Below, in pieces: positions 24,575 through 37,849 of a stretch of DNA of 64,000 nucleotides. Source of the DNA: Octopus sinensis (Eukaryota). The notes under the pieces are model-generated. The model saw only the letters and a program-made list of their open reading frames with translations, was not told where the DNA came from and made no database searches. The position numbers were made by a program, and so were the translations under genes. The stretch is from positions 8,742,001 to 8,806,000 of the forward strand of contig NC_043024.1 of NCBI RefSeq assembly GCF_006345805.1, given 5' to 3'. Position 1 is the first letter of the stretch. Each line of letters starts with the position of its first letter.

Positions 24575-24885
24575 AATGTCCACTGTGGCCATCCTGGGGC
24601 TTCACATTCTTTTGAGTCAAACAAACTGATCCCTATTATTTATTTTATAGTCTAGTATTTATTCTATCGGTCTCTTTTGCCAAACCGCTAAGTTACTGGG
24701 ATGTAACCAAACCAACATTGGTTTTCAAGTAATGGCAGGTAGGTGACAAACGAAGATACATACATACACAAGAAGCTTCCACACAGTTTCCAAATCTACC
24801 AAAATCACTCACAAGGCATTGGTCAGTCCAGAGATGTAGTAGAGGACACTTGCTCTCAAGAGACGGTACAGCAGGACTGAAGTAA
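24575..24885 (-). mobile_element. SINE family A, old diverged copy in inverted orientation
   Basis: tattctatcggtctcttttgccaaaccgctaagttac and downstream matches. Confidence 0.7.
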
Positions 24886-24912
24886 AACTCACACAAACAC
24901 ACAAATATGTAT

Positions 24913-24948
<36 letters not shown>

Positions 24949-25503
24949 AATAATAAGTGATTGTTCTGGATATACAAAATGAAGATTTGTCACAACTGGA
25001 ATGTGATTTCATCAGAAGACTTGCTCAATCAAGACACCACCAACAACAAGAACAACATCAGTTGTGTCTTTTCTTTGTTTTTTGTTATGTTTTGGCATAT
25101 TTCGTCTTCTGCAAATTTGAGCGTGAATTTAAAAAATTATTTTCAATATAAAAAAAACAGAATGTCTTATATTTGTGAATAGCCACAGTATCGGTTAAGT
25201 CAATTAAACTAGTATTACAAATTATAAGTGTTAAAGTTAGTAAGATAACACTCAGTTGAAATAACAGAGCTGTGTATAGTTGTTGAAATGAACAGAGAGA
25301 GACAGTCTTTCAGCATGTAAACACATACCGCCAACGACAACAACATCAACACCACCATATACGCAGGCAGGCTCCTAGCTAATGATAGTTATTGCAGAAA
25401 GGCAAGAGGTCAATGCAATGAAAACGAAACTGCATTTGTTGATTATTTGGGCATGTATGTGTGTATGTGTGTGTATATATAAATATATATATATGTTGTA
25501 CAC

Positions 25504-25534
<31 letters not shown>

Positions 25535-25621
25535 TAGTTACACACACAAATGTTTGTGAATACTTTGGTTTGTCATAGAGCTAGTTAGTGCATGTGTGTG
25601 TTTATATATGATTGTGTGTGT

Positions 25622-25667
<46 letters not shown>

Positions 25668-25812
25668 AAAAGCAATAAAGATTCAAGTTAATTTAAATGA
25701 ATCTTGAATATGGTACCTAACTTAGATGCACCACCAAAAAAAAACTATACTGTTTTAACAATACAGTAATGTGGGGTGATTATAAGCGAGAAAGAAGCAA
25801 CAAGAAATAGGT

Positions 25813-25903
25813 TTTTAGTACAATCGTTTCATACAAGGACAGGCTTTATTAAAAGTTGTAAAAATTACAGCATATAAACGTGTCCCGTACTCATCAGCTA
25901 AAA
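25813..25903 (-). ncRNA. Type I hammerhead ribozyme (left arm)
   Basis: Reverse complement of the motif at 26525-26614. Confidence 0.7.
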
Positions 25904-26524
25904 TACATGTGAGTTCTCTAGACATCCTAGTGGTTGAGGCTATACTCATGAAGTAATGAAGATAATTAAGTAACATAAACATAAACAGATATCCAAAGTT
26001 CATTAAAGTTCTTTAAAGATGATGTACAGTCTTATCACAGAATTTAAAAAAAGTTTTAATAGCAACCCAAAGAGGGTGACCTAATCCATAGTGCACATAT
26101 GAATTTCCAGAGATATGATGAGGGATTACATACTCACAGAAGACAAATTTATCCATTGTTAATCACAACGAGGTGGGTCTCAATTCCTGCTTATTAGCAT
26201 TACAGAGAGGGTGAATTAATCCTTTGTATAGATGCACAATTTCCAATGGTGTAGATGTAAATTGTGATTAACAATGGATAAATTTGTCTTCTGTGAGTAT
26301 GTAATCCCTCATCATATCTCTGGAAATTCATATGTGCACTATGGATTAGGTCACCCTCTTTGGGTTGCTATTAAACTTTTTTAAATTCTGTGATAAGACT
26401 GTACATCATCTTTAAAGAACTTTAATGAACTTTGGATATCTGTTTATGTTTATGTTACTTAATTATCTTCATTACTTCATGAGTATAGCCTCAACCACTA
26501 GGATGTCTAGAGAACTCACATGTA

Positions 26525-26614
26525 TTTTAGCTGATGAGTACGGGACACGTTTTATGCTGTAATTTTTACAACTTTTAATAAAGCCTGTCCTTGTATGAAA
26601 CGATTGTACTAAAA
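26525..26614 (+). ncRNA. Type I hammerhead ribozyme (right arm)
   Basis: ttttag-CTGATGA-gtacgggaca...tgtccttgtat-GAAA-c gatt g-TA-ctaaaa: 6-bp stem I, ~10-bp stem II with G.U pairs and one bulge, minimal stem III, predicted GUA cleavage triplet at 26606-26608. Confidence 0.7.
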
Positions 26615-26834
26615 ACCTATCCATTCTTGTTGCTTCTTTCTCGCTTATATATATATATATATATATATGTAGGTATTTTAGTCAAACAAACCGCTCTAGT
26701 ACTTATTTTTTTTAAAGCTTGGTATTCATTCTATTGGTCACTTTTGCTAAACTGCTAATTTATAGGGATGCAAACATACCAACACTGGTTGTCAAGCTGT
26801 TGTGGGGTGGGACAAATTTCTTATTAGACAGCCA

Positions 26835-26872
26835 TGATATATATATATATATATATATGTATTATATTTACA

Positions 26873-26931
<59 letters not shown>

Positions 26932-26944
26932 CATTTTAACACAC

Positions 26945-26976
<32 letters not shown>

Positions 26977-27230
26977 TTACACACACACACACATACATAT
27001 ATATATATAAAATTATATATATAATTTGTTATTTAGTATGGTTTATGTCTTTCACTGTTTGAGTTGCATAATAGTGGTTTTATCTCTAATTTATATTTTA
27101 TATATATATATATACACACATACATATATATATATACACACACACACACATATATATATACATACATACATACATACACAGACATGCGCTGGAATGTATC
27201 TCTGTATGTGTATACTATCTGTTTATATAT

Positions 27231-27284
<54 letters not shown>

Positions 27285-27330
27285 TACACACACACATATA
27301 TACATACAAACACACACACACAAATGTATA
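26835..27330. repeat. Compound (TA)/(CA)/(TC)n microsatellites
   Basis: Directly visible. Confidence 0.9.
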
Positions 27331-27614
27331 TACCCTGTGTGTGTCTGCTTGTGTATGGGCATGTGTGTAAGTGTGATGATAGCTTCAGTGAATACTTGAT
27401 AAAGTCATGTCTTTTACCAAATGCCAAGACATGAAGAAACCTGTTGTTTATCACAAGCTTTGGAAAGCGCTATCAAAATATGCATGTGTCACAAGATGCA
27501 TGTCAGTGTGTGTGTCTGTGTGTGAGAGAGTGGGGGGAGAGACAGACAGACAGACAGAGACAGAGAGAGACAGAGGGAATATGTAGGCGTGCATACAATG
27601 AGTCTGTGGGTCTA

Positions 27615-28480
27615 TGTAAGTGTGTATGTGTGTATGTGTGTATGTGTGTATGTGTGTAAGTGTGTATGTGTGTATGTGTGTATGTGTGTAAGTGTGTATG
27701 TGTGTATGTGTGTATGTGTGTATGTGTGTAAGTGTGTATGTGTGTATGTGTGTATGTGTGTATGTGTGTATGTGTGTAAGTGTGTATGTGTGTATGTGTG
27801 TATGTGTGTAAGTGTGTATGTGTGTATGTGTGTAAGTGTGTAAGTGTGTATGTGTGTATGTGTGTATGTGTGTATGTGTGTAAGTGTGTATGTGTGTATG
27901 TGTGTATGTGTGTATGTGTGTAAGTGTGTATGTGTGTATGTGTGTATGTGTGTATGTGTGTAAGTGTGTATGTGTGTATGTGTGTATGTGTGTAAGTGTG
28001 TATGTGTGTATGTGTGTATGTGTGTATGTGTGTATGTGTGTATGTGTGTATGTGTGTAAGTGTGTATGTGTGTATGTGTGTAGTGTGTATGTGTGTATGT
28101 GTGTATGTGTGTATGTGTGTATGTGTGTATGTGTGTATGTGTGTATGTGTGTATGTGTGTATGTGTGTATGTGTGTATGTGTGTATGTGTGTAAGTGTGT
28201 ATGTGTGTATGTGTGTATGTGTGTAAGTGTGTATGTGTTTGTGTGTATGTGTGTATGTGTGTAAGTGTGTTGTGTGTATGTGTTATTGTGTAAGTGTGTA
28301 AGTGTGTATGTGTGTAGTGTGTATTGTGTATGTGTGTAAGTGTGTATGTGTGTATGTGTGTAAGTGTGTATGTGTGTATGTGTGTATGTGTGTATGTGTG
28401 TAAGTGTGTATGTGTGTATGTGTGTATGTGTGTATGTGTGTATGTGTGTATGTGTGTAAGTGTGTATGTGTGTATGTGTG
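27615..28480. repeat. 8-bp (TGTGTATG/TGTGTAAG)n satellite
   Basis: Directly visible; source of the 397-aa HTYT ORF. Confidence 0.95.
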
Positions 28481-28848
28481 CCCTTGTATAAAGTTTTACT
28501 TGTGTAAATTAGATTGATATCGTCTAAATAAAGATGTAAATAAAAAATAGCATGAAAAATTATATTTAAGTAAAAGCACCACAAGAAAATCAAGCAAAGT
28601 AAACAAACAATGTAACGAAGCAGGGTTCTGTTAAATGAAAACAAACGTCAACTATGAAAACAAGTGTGTGGCCAAAATGTAGATGTAGTAAAGTGTGAAG
28701 ATAGAAACGGCAATAAGGTAATATTATTTAATGCAAGAGGTGGCGGCAATGAAGCGTTTGAAATGACACTGAAGACTCCGTCTGCATCTTGAGATTTAAA
28801 TGATGATATAGACATATACATACATTATATATTAATTTATATATTAGT

Positions 28849-29323
28849 AGGTGCAGGAGTGGCTGTGTGGTAAGTAGCTTGCTAACCAACCACATGGTTC
28901 CGGGTTCAGTCCACTGCGTGGCATCTTGGGCAAGTGTCTTCTGCTATAGCCCCGGGCCGACTAATGCCTTGTGAGTGGATTTGGTAGACGGAAACTGAAA
29001 GAAGCCTGTCGTATATATATATATATATATATATGTGTATGTGTGTGTGTCTCTTCTTCTGCTATAGCCCCGGGCCGACCAATGCCTTGTGAGTGGATTT
29101 GGTAGACGGAAACTGAAAGAAGCCTGTCGTATATATGTATATATATATATATGTGTATGTGTGTGTGTCTCTGTGTTTGTCCCCCTAGCATTGCTTGACA
29201 ACCGATGCTGGTGTGTTTACGTCCCCGTCACTTAGCGGTTCGGCAAAAGAGAGACCGATTTGCTCGACTAAAGGCGGTGCTCCAGCATGGCCGCAGTCAA
29301 ATGACTGAAACAAGTAAAGAGAG
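28849..29323 (+). mobile_element. SINE family A, young copy with an internal ~120-bp duplication and a short internal deletion
   Basis: cttctgctatagccccgggccg...gaagcctgtcgtata occurs twice (about 28937 and 29056). Confidence 0.9.
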
Positions 29324-30300
29324 TTACCATCCCAGAATGAATGAACAAGCAGAGCATTTTGCAGACATTTTTAAAAGAGCTTTGAGAAAAGCAAACAAGG
29401 AAGTCACAGATGAAGGTGCTCTGTAGCAGTTCCTAAAGATATACAGGGTAACACCAAACCCCAATACACCAGCAGGAAGCTCACCAGCAGAACTGATGTT
29501 CACCAGGAACCTCTTTATTATAGTGAAATGCATTAGTCTATTTTCAGTCATATGAGGGGTGGTCAGGATCCTTCCACAACATATATACATATACACACAC
29601 ACACACATGTATATATATATATTATATATATATATAATATGTATATGTAGAAAAATACAAACTGGGATAAGAACGCAAAACATTTAGAAGACAATAAAAA
29701 AAACACGGACGGGACATTCGAAACCTTCAATCTTCAGTCAAGAACCAGATCATCTTCGCAATTTCGGTTGATTAATCTTGAGATTGCTCCGATCTGGCCA
29801 GCCCCAAAGGAAAATCTAAGCCAAGTGCATTAGATTCCTTGAATGTATACAAAACAAAGACGGAAAACCGTTACACGAATAAGAATACAAAAATACGTAA
29901 AAACAATAATGATAAAAATTAGTTTTTGATAAACTGTTATTTGGCGAGGAAAGAAAAAGTACCAGGAAAGACAATCCAAATTTTTTCAAAATTGGTGATA
30001 AAGTGTACATGAGGTCGTATAAAAGCGGAACCAGTACTGGGAAGAAGGCAAAATTACAAAGTACACAGGAAAAAATTATGTATGGGACTAAAAACAGAAA
30101 AGGTATTGAAAAACGACACAGAAAAGGTATTGAAAAACGACACAGAAACAAATTGAGGAAAAGATTCATAGAAAATTAACCAAATGGAATGGCTGAATGA
30201 CACATTCCAGGTACCAACACTGTTTACAGGTAGTTGAATCCATGAGTACAAGTGGGAAAAAGAGAAAGAATACAGAATTCCTCCAAGCAGACATCAAATA
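29324..30300 (+). pseudogene. Gypsy/Ty3 LTR retrotransposon integrase C-terminal remnant, interrupted by an insertion at ~29510-29915
   Basis: YHPRMNEQAEHFADIFKRALRK...QFLKIYRVTPNPNTPAGSSPAELMFTR (YHP.SNG.AER...SPAELMF motif), then LVFDKLL...FKIGDKVYMR..WEEGKI...KRH.NKLRKRF. Confidence 0.8.
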
Positions 30301-30407
30301 GAAAAAAAATATTGAGTGGAATAAAAAAAACACTAAATAGGGAGGAGAGATGAATAAAGTAAAATAAAATAACTTGCTTCCCTAAGAAAAAAAACTAAAT
30401 AGGGAGA

Positions 30408-30558
30408 TGTAGTAAAAATAGTACAGCCCTTCCCATGTGACTATAAAGTCAGACAGTCAGTCCTTGTAGGAAGTCAGTAGTCCTGTCAAGGTAGCCGTTT
30501 CAAAGTCATTGTTTTACCAACAATAACATAAAAGTGGACAAGGATCCACATTATAACA
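30408..30558 (+). mobile_element. Probable 3' LTR of the Gypsy remnant
   Basis: Purine tract aaatagggaga directly precedes TGTAGTAA; the segment ends TTATAACA (TG...CA). Confidence 0.5.
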
Positions 30559-30570
30559 ATATATATATAT

Positions 30571-30805
30571 TCTCTCTAACTCTTTAACTTGTTTCAGTCA
30601 TTTGACTTCAGCCATGCTGGAGCTCCACCTTTAGTCCAGCTAATCGACCCCAGGACTTATTCTTTGTAAGCCTAGTACTTATTCTATCAGTTTCTTTTGC
30701 CGAACCGCTAAGTTACAGGGACATAAACACACCAACATCAGTTGTCAAGCAATGGTGGTGGTGGTGGTGGTGGTGGGTGACAAACACAGACACACAAAGA
30801 TATAC

Positions 30806-30860
<55 letters not shown>

Positions 30861-31018
30861 GCTTCTTTCAGTTTCTGTCAACAAAATCCACTGACAAGGC
30901 TTTGGTCAGCCTGAGGCTATAATAGAAGATACTTGCCCAAGGTGCCATTCAGTGAGACTGAACCCAGAACTATGTGGTTGGGAAGCAAGCTTCTTACCAC
31001 ACAGCCACACCTGCGCCT
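30571..31018 (-). mobile_element. SINE family A, full length
   Basis: Reverse complement of the consensus, ending cacagccacacctgcgcct. Confidence 0.9.
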
Positions 31019-31454
31019 ATATAAAATATATTATATATATATTATTTTATATTTATACACACACACATACACGCACGCACACACACACACACACACACAC
31101 ACAACAGACTTCTACACAGTTCATGTCTGTGAAATTCCCTCACAAATCTTTGGTCGGCTTTGGACTATAAAACTGGATACTTCCTCAAGGTACTGCATAA
31201 TGAGAAATGAACCTGAAACCAAGTGGTTACATGCAAAGCATGCATCTTAACCACAAAGCCATCTATATATAAATTCCGTGGAATAATAAAAAAAAAAAAA
31301 TATACCAAAATATCCAAAAACCACAAGAAAAAAACAAACAAGTGTGAATATTTGGTAAACGTTTTGGTAGGAAACAAAGTAATAATGTTTAGTGATATTA
31401 ATTAATTAGTTAATGCGAGGGGCGAGACTAGACTATCATCTTTCAGTGTTAGCT

Positions 31455-31565
31455 CTGTGTGTGTTGTGTGGTGTGTGTGTGTGTGGTGTGTGTGTGTGTG
31501 TGTGTGTGTGTGTTGTGTGTGTTGTGTGTGTGTGGTGTGTGGTGTGGTGTGTGTGTGGTGTGTGT

Positions 31566-31599
<34 letters not shown>

Positions 31600-31995
31600 G
31601 GGGGGGGCATTAACATGCTTTTCAATATTAGGAAACAGTTTACTTGTTTGTTTGTTGGCAGTAGTGTATGGTGTGTACAAATATTGTTTTTATTTACTGT
31701 AATGAGAAGGGAAAGAGAGAGAGAGAGAAAGAAAGAGAGAGGGAGAGAGAGAGAGAGAAAGAAAGAGAGAGAGAGAAAGAAAGACAGACAGACAAACAGA
31801 CAGACAGAGGTAAAGACAGACAGAGAGGCAGAGGTATAGACACACAGACAGACAGGTACAAACAGACAGAGGTACAGACAGACAGACAGACAGGTACAGA
31901 CAGACAGAGGTACAGACAGACAGAGGTACAGACAGACAGAGGTACAGACAGACAGAGGTACAGACAGACAGAGGTACAGACAGACAGACAGAAGG
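31455..31995. repeat. (TG)n, (GA)n and (GACA)n/18-bp GAGGTACAGACAGACAGA repeats
   Basis: Directly visible. Confidence 0.9.
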
Positions 31996-32119
31996 ATGGA
32001 GAGAAGAGGCTGAAGAAATGAGTAGATATGATAAAAATTTGAAAAGACGAAAACAGATCATCATCATTCTCCACCACCATCACCATTCTCATCATCCTCA
32101 TGATCATTCGACGTTCATC

Positions 32120-32495
32120 TTTTCCATGTTGAGATTGGGTAAGTCTACATGATGATGTTAGGTAGATCTACATGAGGAGAATGAGTAAGTCAATCTACAT
32201 GTGACACTTGAGTAAGACCATATCTACATGTGGAGGTTAGCTCAGTTTACATGTTAAAATTGGGTAGGGTCTACATGTTGAGGATGGGTAGGTGTCCATG
32301 TTGATGTTAAGTTGGCCTACATGTTGATGTTGGGTTGGTCTACCATGTTGATGTTATGTTGGTCTATATGTTGATTTCTACATGTTGAGGTTGGTCTACA
32401 TGCTGATGTTGATGTTAGATTGGTCTACATGTTGATGTTTGTCTACATGTTGAGGCTGGGTACATCTACATGCCAAGGTTGGGTAGGTCTACCCT
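32120..32495. repeat. Degenerate ~22-23-bp minisatellite (ctacatgttgatgttgggtaggt)
   Basis: The tctacatg motif recurs about every 20-25 bp. Confidence 0.85.
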
Positions 32496-32524
32496 TTTCA
32501 TACAGTTTCCACATCAAATGCCTA

Positions 32525-32840
32525 TTCTTTTATTCTTTGATTTGTTTCAGTCATTCGACAGTGGCCATGCTGGAGCACCACCTTTAGTCGACCAAATCAC
32601 CCCCAGGACTTATTCTTTGTAAGCCTAGTACTTATTCTATCAGTCTCTTTGCCTGAACTGCTAAGTTACAAGAACATAAACACACCAACATCGGCTGTCA
32701 AGCTATGGTGGAAGACAAATACAGACACACAATATATATATGTACATATACATATATATATATATATACAACAGGCTTCTTTCAGTTTCTGCCTAACAAA
32801 TCCACTCACAAGGCTTTGGTCGGCCTGAGGCTATAGCAGA
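32525..32840 (-). mobile_element. SINE family A, head lost where a SINE B begins
   Basis: Matches the consensus until ctatagcagaag. Confidence 0.85.
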
Positions 32841-33262
32841 AGGCAGTGAGCTGGCAGAAACGTTAGCGCGCTGGGCGAAATGCTTAGCGGTATTTCGTCT
32901 GTCGTTATGTTCTGAGTCCAAATTCCGCCAAGGTCGACTTTGCCTTTCATCCTCTCGGGGTCGATAAATAAAGTACCAGTTTCGCACTGGGTCGATGTAA
33001 TCAACTTAAACCGTTTGTCTGTCCTTGTTTGTCCCCTCTATGTTTAGCCCCTTGTGGGTAGTAAAGAAATAGGTATTTCATCTGCAACTATGTTCTGAGT
33101 TCAAATTCCGCCGAGGTCAACTTTGCGTTTCATCCTTTCGGGGGTCGATAAATTAAGTACCAGTTACGCACTGGGGGTTAATGTAATCGACTTAATCTGA
33201 TTGTCTGTCCTTGTTTGTCCCCTCTATGTTTAGCCCCTTGAGGGCAATAAAAAAAAAATAAA
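32840..33262 (+). mobile_element. SINE family B dimer
   Basis: The second unit starts at ggtatttc after aagaaata (33064-33079). Confidence 0.9.
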
Positions 33263-33778
33263 AAAATAAAAAAATTTTATTAATTAAAAAAATAATATTG
33301 ATTTCAAATTTTGGCACAGGTAAGTGGATTACATAGGGGACAGGGTAAGTGGATTGCATTGACCTTAGTGCTCAACTGGTACTTATTTTATCAACCCTGG
33401 AAGGATGAAAGGTCAAGTCAAACTGAAAGGGGTTTGAACTCAGACCATAAGGACAGATAAAATGCCACAAAGCATTAACAATTCCACTAGCTTACCACAT
33501 TCACAAGTGGTAATAATAATAATAATAATGAATTCAAAAAACAGTGGCCAGAGTTATTGTAGGAAAGGCAGCGAATAAAAACTTATGGGTTGCTCCCAAG
33601 TCAATATCAGCTACTAAACGTGTGTGTGTGTGTGTGTGTGTGAGTATACTTATGAATGTGTGTGTCCATTTTTGTGTATGCGTGTGTGCATATGTATGTA
33701 TGTGTACTTCAGTATGTGTGTGTGTGTTTCAGTATGTGTGTGTGTGCACGTGCTTCTGTGTGTGTGTGTGTGAGAGAG

Positions 33779-33810
<32 letters not shown>

Positions 33811-34529
33811 TGTGTGTGTGTGTGTGAGTATACTTATGAATGTGTGTGTGTTTCAGTATGTGTGTGTGTGTGCTTCAGTATATGTGTGTGTGTGCTTCAG
33901 TATATGTGTGTGTGTGTGTGCTTCAGTATGTGTGTGTGTGTTTACTTCAGTATGTATGAGTGTGTACTTCAGTATATGTGTGCATGTGCTACAGTACGTG
34001 TGTGTGTGTGTGCACAAGGTGTCCTTGCGGTTCACTTGTTCGACTTTCACACTACTCAAACTTGCAAGGGTCTGAAGTGCACAAAAGCTGAATGCAGCGC
34101 ATAATAATAATGTCTTGAGGACGAACTGGCCACACAGCGGAAAAAAAAAAAAAAAATTTTACTACTGCTTAATAGCAGGACATGGTTAGAAACACTTAAT
34201 CATTGAACCAACAGCTCACTGCTGCTACCACCACGAATTGCTGTCGAATGTTGTTGTCTAATGCTGTTGACAATGTCCAACCTGGATGTTGGTGTCAAGA
34301 ACAGGAAGTTTGTTCCATCTGACAGCCACATACATAACTTGTTAAGAAATATAAATAAAATCACAGAAGTAAAATAAAACAAGGCAAAACAACAAAAAAA
34401 AGTAAAAAAAATGAGTCACAGCAAGACTCGTTTACGACTTAAACATTATTTTTTTTGTTGTTGTTTTTACATATTTTTTATCTTTATTTTTCTCAAGTAT
34501 TTACTAAATCATTCAATTTAGTCTTTATT

Positions 34530-34953
34530 GTTTACTCTTTCACTGTTTTACTCTTTTACCGGTTTCAGTCATTTTGACTGCGGCCATGCTGGAGCACCGC
34601 CTTTAATCGAGCCACTCGACCCCGGGACTTATTCTTTTGTAAGCCCAGTACTTATTCTATCGGTCCTGTTTCGCCGAACTGCTAAATGACGGGGACGTAA
34701 ACACCCAGCATCGTTGTCAAGCAATGCTAGGGGGACAAACACAGACACACACACAACACACATACATATATTATATAAATACAGATATACGACGGGCTTC
34801 TTTCAGTTTCCATCTACCAAATCCACTCACAAGGCTTTGGTCGGCCCGAGGCTATAGTAGAAGATACTTGCCCAAGACGCCACGCAGTGGGACTGAACCC
34901 GGAACCATGTGGTTGGTTAGCAAGCTACTTACCACACAGCCACTCCTGTGCCT
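34530..34953 (-). mobile_element. SINE family A, full length
   Basis: Reverse complement of the consensus. Confidence 0.9.
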
Positions 34954-34978
34954 ATACTGTTTATTATTATTATTATTA

Positions 34979-35017
<39 letters not shown>

Positions 35018-36409
35018 CATCATCATCATTATTATTATTTATCATCATCATCATCATCATTATTATTATTTCTTTGGTTCTTAAATACTTTTTCTTTCAT
35101 TTCATTTTTTATTTTTATTTTTTGTTCTCATTTTTTTTAAATACTTTTTTTTTTGTTTTTTAGCTATATTCTTTCTCCACCTACAATTTTGCAGTTCTAG
35201 TCCCTCGAGTCACCAAATTTCTTTTAGTTCTCCCCGTGTGGAAACGATCACAAAAAAAGGCTTGAAGTATTAATAAACTGGCTCTGTTGAAGATATATAT
35301 TTATATAAAATTAAACACACATATGTACGTATATATATATATATATGTTACTACGCGTGTGTGTGTGTGTTATATATATATATATATGCATATGTGTGTG
35401 TGTGTACATATGTGTACATATATAAATATAAATATATATATGTGTACATATATATATACATATACACTCACACACATACACATATACATATATGCATATG
35501 TGTGTACATATGTGTACATATATATATAAACATAAATATATATAAGTGTACATTTATATATACATATATATATTATATAAATATACATATACACTCACAC
35601 ACATACACATGTGTGTGTGTGTTTGTGTGTATAAAATCTAACAGCTGTGAGATTTTAACCAAGATCATCTTAGTCATTCACTCCCAGACAGACATGACTC
35701 CCAGAAGTACTTTCTGCCTAATCTTAATAAACCCCAATAAACATCACATGCACAGAGATGTGTGTATGCACACATGCACATAGGTGTGTGTGTGCACACA
35801 CACACACATACACACAGAGTATACATGACCACCACCACCACAACCATCGTCAATCATCACCACAGCCATCATCATCATCATCATCATCGTCAACATCACT
35901 ACCGACATCATCACTACCATCACCACCATCACTACAAACATCATAACTTGTCACCACCACCACCACCACCACCATCATCATCATCACCACCACCACCCCA
36001 CCACCACCACCACCATCACCATCACCATCATCACCATCACCATCATCACCACCATCACCACCACCATCATCACTATCACCATCACCACCATCACCATCAT
36101 CATCATTCTCATCATTTTAATGTTTGACATATGTTTAGCTGCGTCATTTGCCTCTGGAGGTCCACTACCTCAAAAGCTGACCCCACCCAACAGCTTATTT
36201 CCTGGTCTTCATTGGCAATTTCCTCCTCTTCTCCCTCGCAAAGACACAAACACACACACATGTGGATTATAGCTGTGTAGAATATCCCACATCAGGTGAA
36301 TACGAACCAAATGTGTGCTCGGTTTAGCATATAACAAACCAATGATCCCAAAGACCCAGTACCAAAGCCAAATGATACATCAGTTATATATTTTCAGCCA
36401 ATATTATTC

Positions 36410-36795
36410 TTTTCTACTCTAGGCACAAGGCCTGAAATTTTGGGGAAGGGGGCCAGTCGATTAGGTCGACTCCAGTACGCAACTGGTACTTAATTTATTG
36501 ACTCCAAAATGATGAAAGGCAAAGTCGACCTCAGATGAATTTGAACTCAGAACATAAAAACAGATGAAATACCTATTTCTTTACTACCCACAAGGGGCTA
36601 AACACAGAGGGGACAAACAAGGACAGACAAACGGATTATGTTGATTATATCAACCCCAGTGCGTAACTGGTACTTAATTTATCGACCCTGAAAGGCAAAG
36701 TCGACCTCGGTGGAATTTGAACTCAGAACGTAACGGCAGATGAAACACGGCTATGCATTTCGCCCGGCGTACTAACATTTCTACCAGCTCGCCAT
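36410..36795 (-). mobile_element. SINE family B dimer
   Basis: Junction gaaatacctatttc at 36566-36579. Confidence 0.85.
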
Positions 36796-36839
36796 GCAAA
36801 TAAACAAATGAAACTGCTTTGGTCAAATATACATAATGT

Positions 36840-37180
36840 ATCATCATCATCATCATCATCGTTTAACGTCCGCTTTCCATGCTAGCATGGGTTGGACGGT
36901 TTGACTGAGGGCTGGTGAACCAGATGGCTGCACCAGGTTCCAATCTTAATCTGGTAGAGTTTCTACAGCTGGATACCCTTCCTAACGCCAACCACTCCGA
37001 AAGCGTAGTGGGTGCTTTTACGTGCCACCAGCACGGAGGCCAGTCAGGCGGTACTGGCAACGACCCTACTCGAATGTAGCACAGGTGCTAGTAAGGCGAT
37101 GCTGGTAACGATCCCGCTTGAATGGTGCCTCTTACATGCCACCACTACGGAAGCCAGTTAGCCACTCTGGCGAGTTAGCC
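36840..37180 (-). mobile_element. RTE 3'-UTR fragment (family D)
   Basis: Homologous to 10341-10695. Confidence 0.8.
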
Positions 37181-37849
37181 ATGTAAAGAGAGAGAGGGTA
37201 AAGATTGGAAATTTTCAGATGATGAATAAATTCTTAAAAAAATGTTTTAGTCCGAAGGTCGCGGCTATGCTGGGGCACCACCGCTGGAATATTCAAATAT
37301 TCAAATATAAATATATGGATGTTTATTTATCAACAGAGCAAACTTACACTGAGTACAAAGATACAGAAAATCAAAGGGGCGAAGGTATGATATCACATAT
37401 ATATATGTAAATACAATGGGCTTTTTTCAGTTTCTGTTTATCAAATCCACTCACAAGGCTTTGGTTAGCCTAGAGCTACAGTAAAAGACTCTTGACCAAG
37501 GTGCCATACAGTGAGATTGAACCCAGAACCATGGGATTGGGAAGTAAACTTTTTATGATTAATCTTTCCAGGTTCACAGCCTTAAGGTATTAATCTCTAA
37601 TAATACAGGCACAGGAGAGAGAGTGTATATTTGATTTAATCAATAATCAATACTTCACCAATATTTTGTTTATTGATCATTAGCCCAGAAGAATGACAGT
37701 CAAACGACTTCAGCAGGATTTGAACTCAGAAAGTAAAGCTAAAAGGACGTAACTAGATTTCTACCAAAACTGTTGTTCCACTGATTTTGTTGCTCTGCTG
37801 CGCATTTAATTATTGTAAAGATAACGAATGGTGTGCTGTTTGCATGCAA

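Larger units (their letters stand above)
25666..26649. mobile_element. Penelope-like (PLE) pLTR-type insertion: inverted arms 25781-26168 and 26262-26649, 93-bp spacer, inserted in (TA)n
   Basis: The arms are near-perfect reverse complements, each has a hammerhead core, and (TA)n flanks both sides. PLE identity is inferred from this architecture. Confidence 0.7.

Noticed and set aside
27451-28644. 397-aa His/Thr-rich ORF
   Set aside because: Translation of an 8-bp satellite.
34200-34330. Possible minus-strand exon (ctgtcag|ATGGAAC...)
   Set aside because: Weak polypyrimidine tract, no recognisable peptide, no clear donor; a UTR exon cannot be excluded.
36163-36170. let-7 seed-match CTACCTCA
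   Set aside because: An 8-mer expected by chance; no hairpin or UTR context.
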